Part shown: one piece after another, positions 36,692-50,667 of the stretch
Position numbering within the stretch: the first letter of the stretch is position 1
How the letters are laid out: every line of letters starts with the position of its first letter
The notes under the pieces: generated by a model
Told to the model about the DNA's origin: nothing
Databases searched by the model: none
Seen by the model: only the letters and a program-made list of their open reading frames with translations
Position numbers and translations under genes: made by a program
Origin: Azolla caroliniana
Lineage: Eukaryota > Plantae > Polypodiophyta
Assembly: GCA_043228905.1 (NCBI GenBank)
Contig: JBHGNT010000014.1
Coordinates: 7,564,001 to 7,628,000, forward strand
Direction: 5' to 3'
DNA: 64,000 nt

Positions 36692-38983
36692 TGTCATGAA
36701 CATCGACTCAAATGTGAACCTTAGGCCCTTGTATATATATTTCTCTTAGAAAAACTTTAGACTTCAAACCTTTGTATAAAGAGTGGTATGTAAGACCTAG
36801 TATGTAACACTCAGTATGTAAGACCCAGTATGTAAGACTCAATATGTAAGACTCAATATGTAAGACTTGGCATGCAAGAATTAGTATGCTTGATATTATA
36901 GTATGTAAGACTTGGCATGAGCATGCTTATCATGCATCACTACATGTATAAAAAGGGTTGATCTCCCTTGTTAACATCAAGGAGATCAACATCAGTCATG
37001 GAATAGATATTTTTACTCATTGTCATCAACTTCTTGATCTCCCTATCTCATCAACTTCCCCATCTCTTTACCCCCAATTGTTCATCCGTGACAGATTGAT
37101 CTCCTTCTTTCCTTCTTTCTCAATACACTATCATGTCAAAATCATCTAGTAATCTTGAGCAAATTTTGGCGATCGTGCAACAACTCCAACATGAAAATGC
37201 GAACTTGCAAAACTCTGTTCAAGAACTTCATGGAATAGATATTTTTATTCATTGTCGTCAACTTCTCAATCTCCCTATCTCATCAACTTCCCCATCTCTT
37301 TACCCCCAATTGTTCATCCGTGACAGATTGATCTCCTTCTTTCCTTCTTTCCTTCTTTCTCAATACACTATCATGTCAGAATCATCTAATAATCTTGAGC
37401 AAATTTTGGCAATCGTGCAACAAATCCAACATGAAAATACGAACTTGTGAAACTTTGTTCAAGAACTTCAGGCAGCCACACCGGTTATACCTCACCCGAT
37501 TGTTGACCCTTATGATGTAGAACCCAATGTCAGTTTGCCTGACAAATTTGATTTCCAAAATGAAAATGCGAACTTGTGAAACTCTGTTCAAGAACTTTAG
37601 GCAACCGCACCAGTAATACCTCACCCGATTGTTGACCCATATGATGTAGAACCCAATGTCAGCTTGCCAGAAAAATTCGATGGAACAAGGTCACCTTATT
37701 ATTCGTCTTAAGCCCCGACGCTATTCTGATGACTTTCGACAAGTTGGGCTCATCGGCACGTTGTTGACAGGACAAGCACAAGCTTGGTTTGCCCCTCTAG
37801 TGGGGACCTCTTCACCTCTCTTGAATGACTTCCAAGAATTTCTTACCGAATTTGAGGCAACTTTTAGGGAAACCGACAAATGATGAGCCACACTCAAAAA
37901 CTATATGCGTTACAACAAGGCGATCGTGCATCATCAATCTATGCATCTGAATTTCGTCAGCTCGCATGCGATGTCGAGTGGGACAGACAAGCCCTCCTCG
38001 AGCAATTCCGCCAAGGATTACGAGGTGAGATAAAAAATCTTTTACTTAATTTTTTTGAGCCCACATCTTTGAATGAGGCTATTTCCCAAGCTGTGCGCTG
38101 CGATAACCGTCTCTTTGAGTTCCGGCAAGAGGAACGTCCTCACCGGATCCATCCACCTTGGCCAGTCGCTATGCGAAGTCACCTACCATGGTTGAAGAGA
38201 CCGCCTCCCATGTCATCCTCCACTTCATCTTCAACTCCTGGCACAGATTCTAGCTTGCCAATGGAGATTGATCAATTTCGCTATCGACCATTGACGAATG
38301 CGCAACGACAACATCGACGGGCCAACAATTTATGTCTCTATGTGGCAGCCCTGACCATTTGACCCACTCTTGCCCAAAAAAGGGACCCCGTCAAACACCA
38401 CATCGTGTGGATGGGTTTGATAGTTTTGGTTAACAGGAAAGCTCCAATGTCTAGTTGTAGTAGGGGTTGTGCATCTGGACCACAAGAGTTGACAATTATG
38501 TCAAGGGCCCAATCAACCGACTTCCTCGACAACAAGTTTCATGATTCCGATCACTCTTCAGTTTGGCTCTACCACTCTGAAGACAAAAGCTTTGTTGGAT
38601 TCTGGGGCTACGTCATGCTTTATTGACATCATGTTTGCACGGAAACACAACATTCCAAGCAACAAATTAACCATCCTGATTCCAGTTGAAGTGATCGACG
38701 GTCGAACGCTCTCTTCTGGTGCTATCACAAATACAACAATTCCCTTGGGTCTCCACATAGGAGCCCACTAGGAAGAAATCACTTTTAACCTCATCACATC
38801 ACCTCGACATCCTATCATCTTGGGGTTATCATGGCTCGAAACTCACAATCCAGTCGTGGATTGGCGATCTCGCTCCATTAATTTCACCTCAAATTTTCAC
38901 TCACAAGGTATTACGTCCACCCTGTTGGGGACAAGGTCGTCAATGCGGAAGAACAAACAGCATCTGTGATGTTGAAGGACCTG
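36692..38983 (+). mobile_element. Tcn1/sushi-like Gypsy 5' part: LTR 36692-37093, gag, protease
   Basis: TGTCA...TGACA; 'LPEKFDG', 'LLTGQAQAW', 'YASEFRQLA..W', protease 'ALLDSGATSCFID...ILGLSWLETHNP.VDW'; internal tandem duplications at 36998-37680. Confidence 0.88.
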
Positions 38984-41900
38984 TGTATTAGAATGAAACA
39001 AGATGCACAGAGAGAGAGAGAGAGAGAGATAGGCACAAAGAAACGTTTTATTTCTTAATAACAACAATTACAAAATGACAACAACTAAAACTGAAGGTTA
39101 CGAAGTCACTTTATATAGTAACTATCCTAGGGCAATTGCCCTTTATGCTATTTACAGAAATAGCCCAAACTTGGGCTGTCAAAAGGGATAGTGTGAATAC
39201 GGCCATTATACACTCGTATTCGACACTCCCCTGTAATGGGCGTGGCGTATACATGGGTTATCTTGAATTACAGGTATATGCAAGGTTTATCGGACAAATC
39301 GGTTTTGTTCGAGTCGGCAAGATTTGAAGACAAAAGACCGAACCGGTCGGGTCGGAAAAGCTGAAGCCGATCCTCAAAGAACCGATGTCGATTGTCCGAA
39401 ACCATCCTCTGTTGTGTGTCCGACTTTTTAACCGAACTAAATTTTCATTATGCCCATCTGGTGCTGAAGGGACCGGAAATGATCCGCCGAAAAACACTTG
39501 GTCATTCCATCTGCGACATTATCGGTTGTGGATATCTTCTCGAGACCGATTTTCCCTGAAATGATGTAGTCCCGAACAAAGTGATATCGAATGTCGATAT
39601 GCTTGGAGGCGTTGTGGTGAACCAGATTTTTTGACAAAGCAACAGCACCCTGACTGTTGCTGTATACAACTGGAGCCGAGTCGAGGTCGACTTGTCGAAA
39701 CGTATGTGCCAACCAACCGAGCTGAAAGCTTCTTCTGCCGCGTCGAATGCAACTACATATTCTGCTTCAGTTGTTGTGGTGGCTGTGCACTCCTGAAGTT
39801 TCGACTTCCACGAGATTACTCCATTGCCGAATTTGAAACAATATCCAGTTGTTGATTTCTGACTGTCCTCACAGCCGGCGAAGTCTGAGTCGGTGTAACC
39901 GACTATGCCTGAGGTTGAGTTCGGGCCAAAAAGAATGTCGTGGTCTTTTGTGCTAGCTAGATATCTGAACACATGCTTGACTGTGTTCCAGTGCGATCAG
40001 CCTAGGTTGTGCATGAATCTGCTGACGAGTCCTACGGCGTGAGAAATATCAGGCCGTGTCGTGACCATCGCGTACATAAGGGAGCCGATTGCCGATGCAT
40101 ACGGTACCGACTTCATATCTTCCCCCTTCGGACCGGATGTCGGGCAGTCTCGCTAAGACAGCCGAAGGTTAATGGGGAGCAGGGTCGAAGCAGACTTGGC
40201 CGAGTGCATGTTGAAGCGTTCCAAGACACGTCCGATGTAGTCGTTTTGAGACAAGAAAAGTTAACTTGTCGTGTATCGTGATGCCGACTAATCTTCATAC
40301 CACATATGTGTCGTGCCGAACCGAGGTCCTTCATGGCAAACTTCAACTGTAGTTTCCAAACGAGTTCGGTGAGCTCTCCGGTATGCCAGCCGGAGAGTAG
40401 CATATCATCCTCGTAAATGATGAGGAAGACGGGAGACCTGCCTTGAGCTGTTTTGGTGAAGAGACAGTGGTCCTCATCGGTCTTGGAGAAGACGACCGAC
40501 AGGATGAAGTCGTCGAACTTCTTGTACCACTGTCGAGGTGCCTGTTTCAGGCCGTATAAACTCTTCCTCAGTCGGCAGACTAGATGTTCCTGGCCGCATG
40601 CCACAAAGCCTTTTGATTGCTCCATATAGATTTCGTCCTGTAGGTCACCGTGGAGGAATCTCGTTTTTACATCTAGCTGAATCAGCTCCAAGTTGTCGGT
40701 GGCCACGACGCCGAGCATGAAACGAAGTCGATGCCATGTTCTTGTCGAAATCCCTTCGCGACTAATCTAGCCTTGTACTTTCATGGCAAACTTCAACTGT
40801 AGTTTCCAAACGAGTTCGGTGAGCTCTCCGGTATGACAGCCGGAGAGTAGCATATCATCCTCGTAAATGATGAGGAAGACGGGAGACCTGCCTTGAGCTG
40901 TTTTGGTGAAGAGACAGTGGTCCTCATCGGTCTTGGAGAAGACGACCGACAGGATGAAGTCGTCGAACTTCTTGTACCACTGTCGAGGTGCCTGTTTCAG
41001 GCCGTATAAACTCTTCCTCAGTCGGCAGACTAGATGTTCCTGGCCGGATGCCACAAAGCCTTTCGATTGCTCCATATAGATTTCGTCCTGTAGGTCACCG
41101 TGGAGGAATCTCGTTTTTACATCTAGCTGAATCAGCTCCAAGTTGTCGGTGGCCACGACGCCGAGCATGAAACGAAGTCGACGCCATGTTCTTGTCGAAA
41201 TCCCTTCGCGACTAATCTAGCCTTGTACTTTCATGGCAAACTTCAACTGTAGTTTCCAAACGAGTTCGGTGAGCTCTCCGGTATGCCAGCCGGAGAGTAG
41301 CATATCATCCTCGTAAATGATGAGGAAGACGGGAGACCTGCCTTGAGCTGTTTTGGTGAAGAGACAGTGGTCCTCATCGGTCTTGGAGAAGACGACCGAC
41401 AGGATGAAGTCGTCGAACTTCTTGTACCACTGTCGAGGTGCCTGTTTCAGGCCGTATAAACTCTTCCTCAGTCGGCAGACTAGATGTTCCTGGCCGGATG
41501 CCACAAAGCCTTTCGATTGCTCCATATAGATTTCGTCCTGTAGGTCACCGTGGAGGAATCTCGTTTTTACATCTAGCTGAATCAGCTCCAAGTTGTCGGT
41601 GGCCACGACGCCGAGCATGAAACGAAGTCGACGCCATGTTCTTGTCGAAATCCCTTCGCGACTAATCTAGCCTTGTACTTTGGGTTGGTCGAGTCAAACG
41701 TCTCTTTTAGTCGATAAACCCACTTACACGGAAGAGCACGTCGATTCTTCGGTAATTCGACCAAGTCCCAAGTCTTGTTTGTGCGAATGGAGTGCATTTC
41801 CGACTCCATCGCTAGATGCCAGGTGGCTGAGTCGGCAGATGCCGATGCTTCTTTATAAGACGTCAGTTCGCCGGCGTCGGTAAAGAAAATTGCGGGAGAG

Positions 41901-43898
41901 TACCTTTTCGGAGGTTGCGACAGTCTCTCGGATCTTCAAGGTATGACTGGACTGGTCACACCACCGAGTATAGGTGTCGGATGGTCGGAAGCCGAGCCAC
42001 TCGGCTGTGCTGAATCGGTGGATTCAGGATGGGAGGTGTTAGTTACCCGTGAAACCGATCTCGTGTTCTGGGCTGGGCCTTCATGAAGAGTTGGCACTTC
42101 AGAAAATATTACTCTTCGGACTTCGATAGGCCTTTCGGCCATTTTATGCATAGCCGACTCGTTGAACACGACGTCCGAACTTCGGACGATTTGTCTGTTC
42201 TCGGGGTCCCAGATTCGGTATCCGATCTCGCTGTTGGGTCCATAGCCAAGGAAAACACATTTCCTTGATCTTGGTTCGAGTTTCCGGCGGTCTTCTTTTG
42301 GTATGAGGGCATACGCCTCGCAGCCGAAGATCCTTAGCTTGTCCTAATTCGGCTTACTACCAGTCCATGTTTCCTGAGGTATCTTAAGTCCTAGAGGTCT
42401 ACTTGGCGACATGTGTACTGCCGTAAGTAGAGCCTCTGCCCAGAAGCCATCTGACAGTCCAGAGTGTTGGAGCATGGATACTATGCGTTCTTGAATCATC
42501 GGATTCATGCGTTCAACAATTCTGTTCTGCTCCGAACTATAGGGTGCCGTATATTCACGTCGAATGCTGCGTTCTCGGCAAAATTTGACGAATTCATCAG
42601 ACTTTAATTCTCCTCCATTATCGGTTCGGAGACATTTTAGTTTCAGACCGGTTTGGTTTTCTTCCATTGCAAGCCATTCAGAGAAGATCGGGAACACCCA
42701 ATCTTTGTTTCTAATGGGGTAAACCCACAACTTCAAGTCGAGTCTTCAATAAAATTGACGAAGTACGAAGCACCGCCGAGAGACTGATGTGGCATCGGGC
42801 TACAGACGTCCGAGTGGACCAAATCGAGGGGACTTGATTCTCTTGGTGCTGATGTCGAGTGTGATGCGGCTACCTGTTGGCCGTACTAGCAATGCTCGCA
42901 GATTTGGTGATCCGAGAAGGAGAGCTTGGGGATGTAACCAACTCTGGATAGGTGCATTATGTCGGCCTTGCTGAGGTGTCCAAGTTGTCCGTGCCATAAC
43001 CATGACACGGGGATATCAACCAAAAATAAGTCACCCTCTTTGAGTGTGGCATATAAAGGGTAGAAAGAGTGTTGAGCTCTACAGTGCTGATTCTGATTAT
43101 GGCACACTGTTACGAGTTCCCGACTCGAACTGAGTCGGAGTGCTAGTTCGAGTATTCCCGAAACTGAGATCGGTGAGGTGTCACATGATACGATGCGCCC
43201 GAGTCCAGGAGCCATGTGCTCGATTCCTCAGTCGTAAGTAGAACTTCTGATTCAACTGGTTTCTCTATGGACAGTATGTTCGGGTCGGTCGTCAAAATTT
43301 TGGCTGAAGAACCGACGTAGTTGACCTCCTCATGCCGGTTACTCTTCTAATCCGCTCTTTGAGCTTTGTCGGTTTTTGGTTTGAGTGCTCGACAGTCGGC
43401 TTTGATGTGTCTTGGTTTCTTGCAGTAGTTGCAGATTCGGTTGTCCCGGGACTTGCTCCGGTGTCGTTGATTGTTCAGCGGTCGGGAAGAACTTCTTCCC
43501 CGGTTGTTTGATCCGTCGGTCGAACCTTGTACTACGTAAGCTTCATCTACTAAGTCTTTGGCGAAAGACTTTCTCCAAGCTGCTTTAGTCAGGATTGCGC
43601 TCGTGATTTCGGAGTACTTAATGGCAGTTGTTGAAGCATTGCACACGGTTGTGACGAAAGTTTCCCAAGAAGAGGGGAAACTGCTCATGAGTATCATTGC
43701 TTTGACTTCATCCTCTATTGTCGTCCCTTGAGACGATATTTGGGAGCTTAGGCTTTCGTACTCATTAAGGTGTGCCTGAACCGAATCAGATTCTTTCATC
43801 CGCAATTTGTAGAGGCGTCAGATCAGATACATGTTCGTTGCGGGGACCTTCTTTTCATAAGTTTTTGATAGTGTTTTCCAAAGTTCAAAAGCTGTCGT
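38984..43898 (-). mobile_element. Degenerate Copia, 5'-truncated in gag; 3' LTR 38984-39225; RT segment triplicated
   Basis: gag with CNYCKKPRHIKADC (43347-43805), integrase 'LRTDNGGE' (42344-42736), RT, RNase H 'GYTDSDFAG..KSTTGY' (39437-39972), PPT next to 39225. Confidence 0.93.
40329..41678. repeat. 3 x 450-bp near-identical tandem repeat inside Copia RT
   Basis: ORF starts at 40718, 41168 and 41618 are exactly 450 apart; only a handful of substitutions. Confidence 0.97.
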
Positions 43899-45548
43899 GG
43901 ACCTGTATCTAATGCCGTAATCCATCGTACCATTGGCGTACCAAAGTACCCTCTTAGCGCAATCAAGATGAAGGCTTTGCGGATTCTGCATGAATTGGCT
44001 AAGTAGGCCGACCGAATAGCTGAGGTCGGGTCATGTAATGGTTAGGTAGATGAGTGGTTCGAATCTACCGGAGAGAAGTGATTTGACCTTCTTAATCTCG
44101 GCGAGTTCCTTTCCTCCGATGACCAAATCATCCACGTATAGGATGATGACGATCAGGCTAGCTAACTCATTTCGGATGTACAGAGAATTATCAGATTTTG
44201 ACATTCGAAATCCGATTTGATGAAGATATTGTGTTATCTTCGAATGCCATGCACGCAGTGCTTGTTTGAGGCCATTGAGTGGCTTCTTGAGTCGGCACAC
44301 GACATTCGGATGATGGTGCGATTCAAAGCCGGGTGGTTGGATCATGTACACTTCCTCCTCTAGTTCCCCTTGGAGGAAGGCGTTCTTCATGTCCATTTGA
44401 TGGAGGTGCCCCCCTTTTGTTGCCACGATTCGCACTGTTGTCATCTTTGCCACTGGGGCAAACGTCTCTTCATAGTCAACTCTGTGCGTTTGTGCGTATC
44501 CTTTCACAACGAGTCGTGCTTTGAATCGATTTATGGAGCCGTCGGCATTGTGTTTCACTTTGTAAATCCATCGGCAGCCAATCGCTTTCTTATGCGGAAT
44601 GTGAGGAATGAGATCCCATGTCTCGTTTTTGCATAGGGCTTGCAATTCTTCATTCATCGCGTCAACCCATTGCCGATCCTCTACGGTTTCGGAAAGGGTT
44701 TCCGGCTCCCGTATTGACGCTACCTTCATCATAAAGGCGTAATGATATGCCATGTAATCGTTGTAACCGAATCGGCTTACAGGGTTCTTTTCATAGATGG
44801 ATCGATGGAGCTTCTTGTTTACAGATACTAAGGCTTTCTTCGCTCCATTTGTTCGGATGTCAAGGCTTTCGAACTCACTATCGAGGGAGTCAATCGATTC
44901 GTTGTCGTTGAAGTGATTGTCTTCATACTCCCGCATTTTCGCAGTCCCTTTGTCCAGCTTCAGACTCCACCGAGATGTGCTTTGATCACTCGGAGGTTCT
45001 TTTGGCCCACTTATTCAGGTCGTACATGCGCGCAAGTCAATATTCGGCTTCTACCTCTATTTCGGCGTATTCTAGGTCAAGCGGAGTCGGAGTCGGAGTC
45101 GAAGTTGTCTCTGGTGCGTACTAGGATGCGAATTCGTCGAAAATGACATCTCCACTTGTTCGAACTTTTCGGGTAGATGGATTGTAGCATTTGCACCCCT
45201 TCTGTTCGAGCGAGTACCCCACAAGGATACATTTCTCCGATTTCGGGCTGAGGTTTTGTTGTGTATCATTGGGAATATGCACATAAGCGATTGAGCCGAA
45301 AATACGAACATGTGATAAGTCCAATTTCTTACCAAGAAACTTCTCATGGGGGTTGCGTCATGTACTGCTGAGGTTGTGCACCTGTTCATGAGGTATATGG
45401 CCGTGTTCGCCGCTTCTGCCCAGTATGATTTCGACAGGTTCTTCTCGTTCATCATTGCCCGTGCAACCTCTACTGTGTGCCGGTTCTTCCGCTCAGCTAC
45501 GCCATTTTGCTGAGGTGTGTGACGGCATGAAAATTCTTGTCGGATTCC

Positions 45549-46061
45549 TATCACAGACATGACGACAAGATTTGAACTCTTGACCTCTTGTATATAGTCA
45601 AGTGTTGTGTTCTAACCAACATATTCAAATATATGGTCATGTTATGTATATCTTAGTAGATTATTAGTAGATTATCTATTTCAAGTTCTAGGAGTTTTTA
45701 GAAAGTTCTAGAACTAGAAGGTTCTAGTTGGTTCTAGAATATTCTCTCGAATATTCTAATGCATGTACTTCGACTCACAGTATAAATACTTGTAACCTCC
45801 TTGGACCCTTTCAAGGGATTCAACACAAGTCACTGACACATCAATCTAGTATTCTTGTTTAGCCCCATCTTCTCTCCTTGATTTACAACTTTGTCTTTAT
45901 GCTCTTCTATTTGTTCCTAGTGTCTTAACTTCCTCATCTCATTGCTCCCAACTTCTCGAGTTTCTAGACTCATCATGTCGAGTTCCACGTTCGTAACCTT
46001 ATTGGTCGTAGCCTTGTCATCTGTGCTTTGTTGCAGTCTAAGCATTGGTGTGCCCGTGACA
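45549..46061 (+). repeat. Solo LTR nested in Copia integrase
   Basis: TATCAC (decayed TGTCAC)...GTGACA; TSD attcc/atttc; the integrase frame resumes across it. Confidence 0.88.
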
Positions 46062-47816
46062 ATTTCTTCCTTTCGGAGATACTCCGTAAACTCATCCGAG
46101 AAATATTCTTTGCCTCCATCTGATCAAAGGCAGCGTACGTGCTGACCCATAGTTTTTTCGACTTCGTCTTTGAACTTGTGGAAGTGTTCGAACACTTCGC
46201 TCTTCTGTCTCATCGGGTAGATCCAAGTGTGCCTGGAGAAGTCGTCGATGAACGTGACGTAATATCAACATCCGCTGAGTGTGGTTGTCTGGGCCGGTTC
46301 CCATACATCTGGATGTACAACATACAGGATCCCTTTGCTCACATTCCGCTCTTTCGGGAATGGATGTCGGCATTGCTTTCCGAACTGGCACGTTTCGCAT
46401 ACGCCCGTAATCTCCTTCGTGGTAAAGTTCGGGAGTTCGATTACGACTCCTTTCGATTGCATGTTCTGAAGCTTCTGGAGATTGATGTGACCAATTCTCT
46501 TGTGCTACAAGTTTAGGTTGGTTTCGACTTTGAGGCCCTTTGCAAACATGGCCAATTTTACCTCGTTCGATTTGAGGACAAACATGTAGGCTTCACGACG
46601 GCCATGAGCTACGACATGATCACCTCTTTCGATAAAGCACCCATCATTGTTGAATCGTACTTGCATTCCTTGTTCAACAATCCGGCCGACCGAGACCAGG
46701 TTTTTCGTGATGGTAGGAACATGCAGTACATTCTTGAGGTAGATTTGTTTGCCATCGTTTCCGAATGGGACGTTCCTGATTTGCTGTATTGGATGAGTCG
46801 TGTCATCGCCTATCTTGACATATCCAAGACGTTCGCGTTTTCATAATTCCCGAAACCAATCTTCATGAGACGTCATGTGGTTGGATGCTCCCGAGTCAAC
46901 AAACCATACATTCTCTGAGGGTGTGGTGCTTGTTTCACCTTGTATTGTCATTGAGTGCGCTTTGTGCCTCATCATGAAGGTTCCGCTATGATCGTCGTAG
47001 TCGGAATTCGATACATAATTCGTAAACATTCCACTACAATTGTTGTAGTCGGAATTTGATGTGTAGTTCATGAGCTGTCAACTGGTTGAAACCGACTCTC
47101 ACTTCTTCTTTTGGCACTCCTCTTCATAGTGACCAAGTTTTCCGCAGTATACGCATTTGATTGGGTTATCACGATTGCTTGGTCTAGCGTGATGCTCCCC
47201 CTTCTGCCAAACTCTCTGGGATTGTTCTTGTCCGCTTGCCATTGCTGGGAGTTATGCTCTTGGGTTTGCTCACCATGACGACCTTGTCCAAGTCAACCTC
47301 TATTTTCACAGCCGAAATTTCTTCTATCATATGACTGGGAGTAGAGCATCTGACCCTTTGGCGTGTTGCTCCTTTGTCGGGCGTGATTTTCCTCCCCAAC
47401 AATATTGACTAGAGATCGAAAAAGGTGGGAGGATTCTCTCTTGCGAGGAAGGCAAAACTTATTGTGCTGAATCAAGGTGCCAAGCCTTTGAGGCATATCT
47501 GCACCATTTCTTCGTCATCAATGCCAACATTGATCGACTCGAGGGCATTGCACAGCTTCTTGACCTTCATGGCGTAGCTACCGGTTGACATGTCCCTTTG
47601 GTGAATGTCATTCAACTCCTTACGAAGTTGGAGCTTGCGGGCAATCGTATTGGCCATGAAGATCCTCTTGAGATGGTCCCACGCTTCTTTCGGCATTTTC
47701 ATCTCTCGAATATAGTCGAGCATGTGATCATGTACGCATGATGCAAGGTAATACAACACACGGCTTGCGGCCTACTCTCAAAAGGGATAGTTGGCGTGTG
47801 TTGGGTTGGGCTGTGT

Positions 47817-48535
47817 TGTTGGGCCTTTCGCTCCAGATTGTCGCGTGAGTTGGGTGGGAACTGTTGAGGTTTTGGACTAGGAGAAAGAAGAATATGAGAA
47901 AAGGTTTCCTAAGAATAGATTGTAAGATGAAGTTATGAAACTCGTGAATCCCAAGAGTATAGTGTATTAATTGATACTTAGATTGTAAGAGAGAAATAGA
48001 TGGCAAAATCGTGAATCCCACGAATATTTTATATTAACCAACCCTTATAAAAAATCAACAACAACCATATACATCTTTTCTCTCTTCCTTATATAGTGAT
48101 GGAAGAAGCTAAGCATAACATCATGCTTTTTCCTAAAGTGTTCATGCACACTAGATGTGCATGAGTAGCCTTTTTTAACCATGCTTTTTTATTTCCTAAA
48201 TATAGTGCTCATGCACTCTAGATGTGCATGAGTAATTGCCTTGCGTTTTTCTTCCAAATAAAGTTTTCACGCACTCTACATGTGCATGATTTAATTTAAT
48301 TTATGTAAAAATAGACGTAAATATAAGTCTTATACTTATTAAATCTATTTTTAGATCACTTATGATAAGTTAGTACAATGGTAAAGTTTGGGTTTGTTTA
48401 CATGGAGGTATAGGGTTCAAATCTTGCCCTACGCATGTAACAATATTTTTAATATTTTCTTTTATTTATTTATGCGTACTTAAATCGGATATATTTTTTA
48501 CATATTTCACGTAGTGTGCGAATTACACTACAACA
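47817..48535 (-). repeat. Solo LTR of the tRNA-Trp family nested in Copia gag
   Basis: Homologous to 5769-6595; TGTT...CAACA ends. Confidence 0.88.
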
Positions 48536-48814
48536 ACATTTTGTGGGCTCCTTCAATATAGCTCCAGTATCCTTGTCCGACAAGGTACTGATGTATCTTG
48601 TACTCCCATGATGCGAAGTTTGTCCTATCGAGCTTCTCCGTAGGAAGAGCGCTTCCCATCTGAGTATTCATGATGATTTCTTCTCTATTTCTTGAACCGG
48701 TTCTGTTGATCGTCGGTATGTAGAACACCATAGTCGATTAGTCTTGATCAGGAAACCACATGCTCTAATACCATGTAAAGAAATGAGAGTGATTGTATGC
48801 AGCGGTAGGACTTT

Positions 48815-48857
<43 letters not shown>

Positions 48858-48867
48858 CACTTATGAG

Positions 48868-48933
<66 letters not shown>

Positions 48934-49129
48934 TCTTAAGTTGAGAAAACTATGTATTACTTCCAACAGTAACAAAGTTACAAAAGGCTGGTTTAAATAC
49001 CAACTAAACTAGGGCAAGGGCCCTTTCTACAATTTACAAAACTAGCCTAGTATGTCCATGAGCTAGTGTGAAACCTATTTCTATGGGAAGTTGAGTTCGA
49101 TTCTCAACATATGTGTAGCAATATTCATC

Positions 49130-50034
49130 TTCGCCACAATGGGAGCCTGAAGGCGGTTGCCAGTTCCTTCTTCATATGCCATCTACAACTATTTATGGCG
49201 CAAAACAAATGCCATTTGAGACAAAAAAGGAAATGCATAGTGAGTTGGTAGAAGAGCAAAGGAACTTATGGATGTACGTTTTGAATAATAAAAAGAAGCA
49301 TATTGATGCAGGATTGATGCCACAAAGAAATATGCGGCACAACAAGATATGTCATGATGGGATGTGTTCTGTACTGATCAACAAGGAATTATTGAAAACT
49401 GTGTCGCTGGTAACTTGACCTTGCAAATGTCATTTACATGGTCTATACAACAATCACTTGGTTCTCAATCACTACCGCATGCACCTAATGCAATTTGTTG
49501 ACAGTTTGGTCCATCCACAACAAAGAGACATTTATGTGGGACTAAGGATGACAAAAGCAGGTGAAGCTAGGTGGCAAGGCAACTTGCAAGCATTGAAGCT
49601 TGGGATGTTAATTGTTACACCCGCAAATCAGAATGACCTGGGCCACCAATTTTGGATTGGTAAGTTTTGGACGTGGTGATGCATGAAAGATCAAGTTTAT
49701 AAAGTTGCATTGGCATAACACTAGAAGAAAGAATGCATTTACAAGCAAGTATACATTGGAGATGATGCAATGCTCAATGTCAAGAGTAAATAAAAAGAGG
49801 AAAACAAATATTCTCAATACATCGACCCTTGACATTAGGGAGGTGGATATCATTGTGTACGATTTTACATTGACGATTGACAACATAATAAAAGAGAAAT
49901 TGTCAAATCTACAAGGCTTCTCAGATGTAAGGCGAACTAGATCCGATGTACATAACTTGGAGTCACACCATTTGGTTTTAGACGAAGACAATGCTTTGAT
50001 TGGTACATCTGAAAACGACGAGGAAATTGTATAA
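49130..50034 (+). pseudogene. Degenerate ORF tail, probably DNA-transposon derived
   Basis: Frameshifted 'FWIGK(V)...HW.NT...Y...DIIVYDFTLT' plus acidic end, a pattern resembling transposase-associated C-terminal domains; family not determined. Confidence 0.4.
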
Positions 50035-50667
50035 TGACACAAATTACTCCTGAATGTATTTTTGGCATTAGAGTGTCACCAATTTAAGTTTGTAAGAAGT
50101 CACATGATATAAAAGTTTGTTGTTTTGAACTCCATCACTTCTAGTGAAGTTTGTTTGTCATAATAAACATTAGTTGTAATTTTTACGAAAAATAGACAAT
50201 GTAATTTTTTGTGTTTTTTTAGTTTTATGAAAAGGTGGAATTTTAAGTTTTTCCATAGAATCTTTGAATATGTGTGATATTAATATCAATGTGTTTTGTA
50301 AAATGGTTGAAAAAGTACTGAAATCAAATGAAATATTCTTTATCCTTCCATTTGTGCACGATCATTAGATCATGAAATGAAGACTTTGGAACAAATTAGC
50401 AAAACTAAGTTTTCAGGCTTTGCCCTATTGTTGCAAGGTAACCCATCAAGAATTGTTGAGCCATTCTTCTATTTCCGGTGAGAAAATACTTCTGAGTTCC
50501 GCTTCGCGAAAAGACTTGAACCTTCACCATTTTATTGCACGGTGAGCACCATGACATTCAAACTACTTGTCTTCTTTTTGTTGTTTTAGAATAATCCTCT
50601 ATCTCCACAATCTTAATTTCTCACTCTAACTCCATAATTTAAACCTATATCATGGTTATATGCTAAA

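Larger units (their letters stand above)
43899..49109 (-). mobile_element. Degenerate Copia (3'-truncated) with 5' LTR 48774-49109 and PBS-iMet 48762-48773; two nested solo LTRs
   Basis: gag 48528-48731 and 47472-47759; protease 'WFVDSGASNHM'; integrase 'PQQNGVAERKNR'; RT 'LYVDDLVI' (44031-44936). Confidence 0.95.

Noticed and set aside
38977-43906. GGACCTGT at both ends of the Copia block as a TSD
   Set aside because: The right end is a truncated gag, not an LTR, and the flanks belong to different elements; probably chance.
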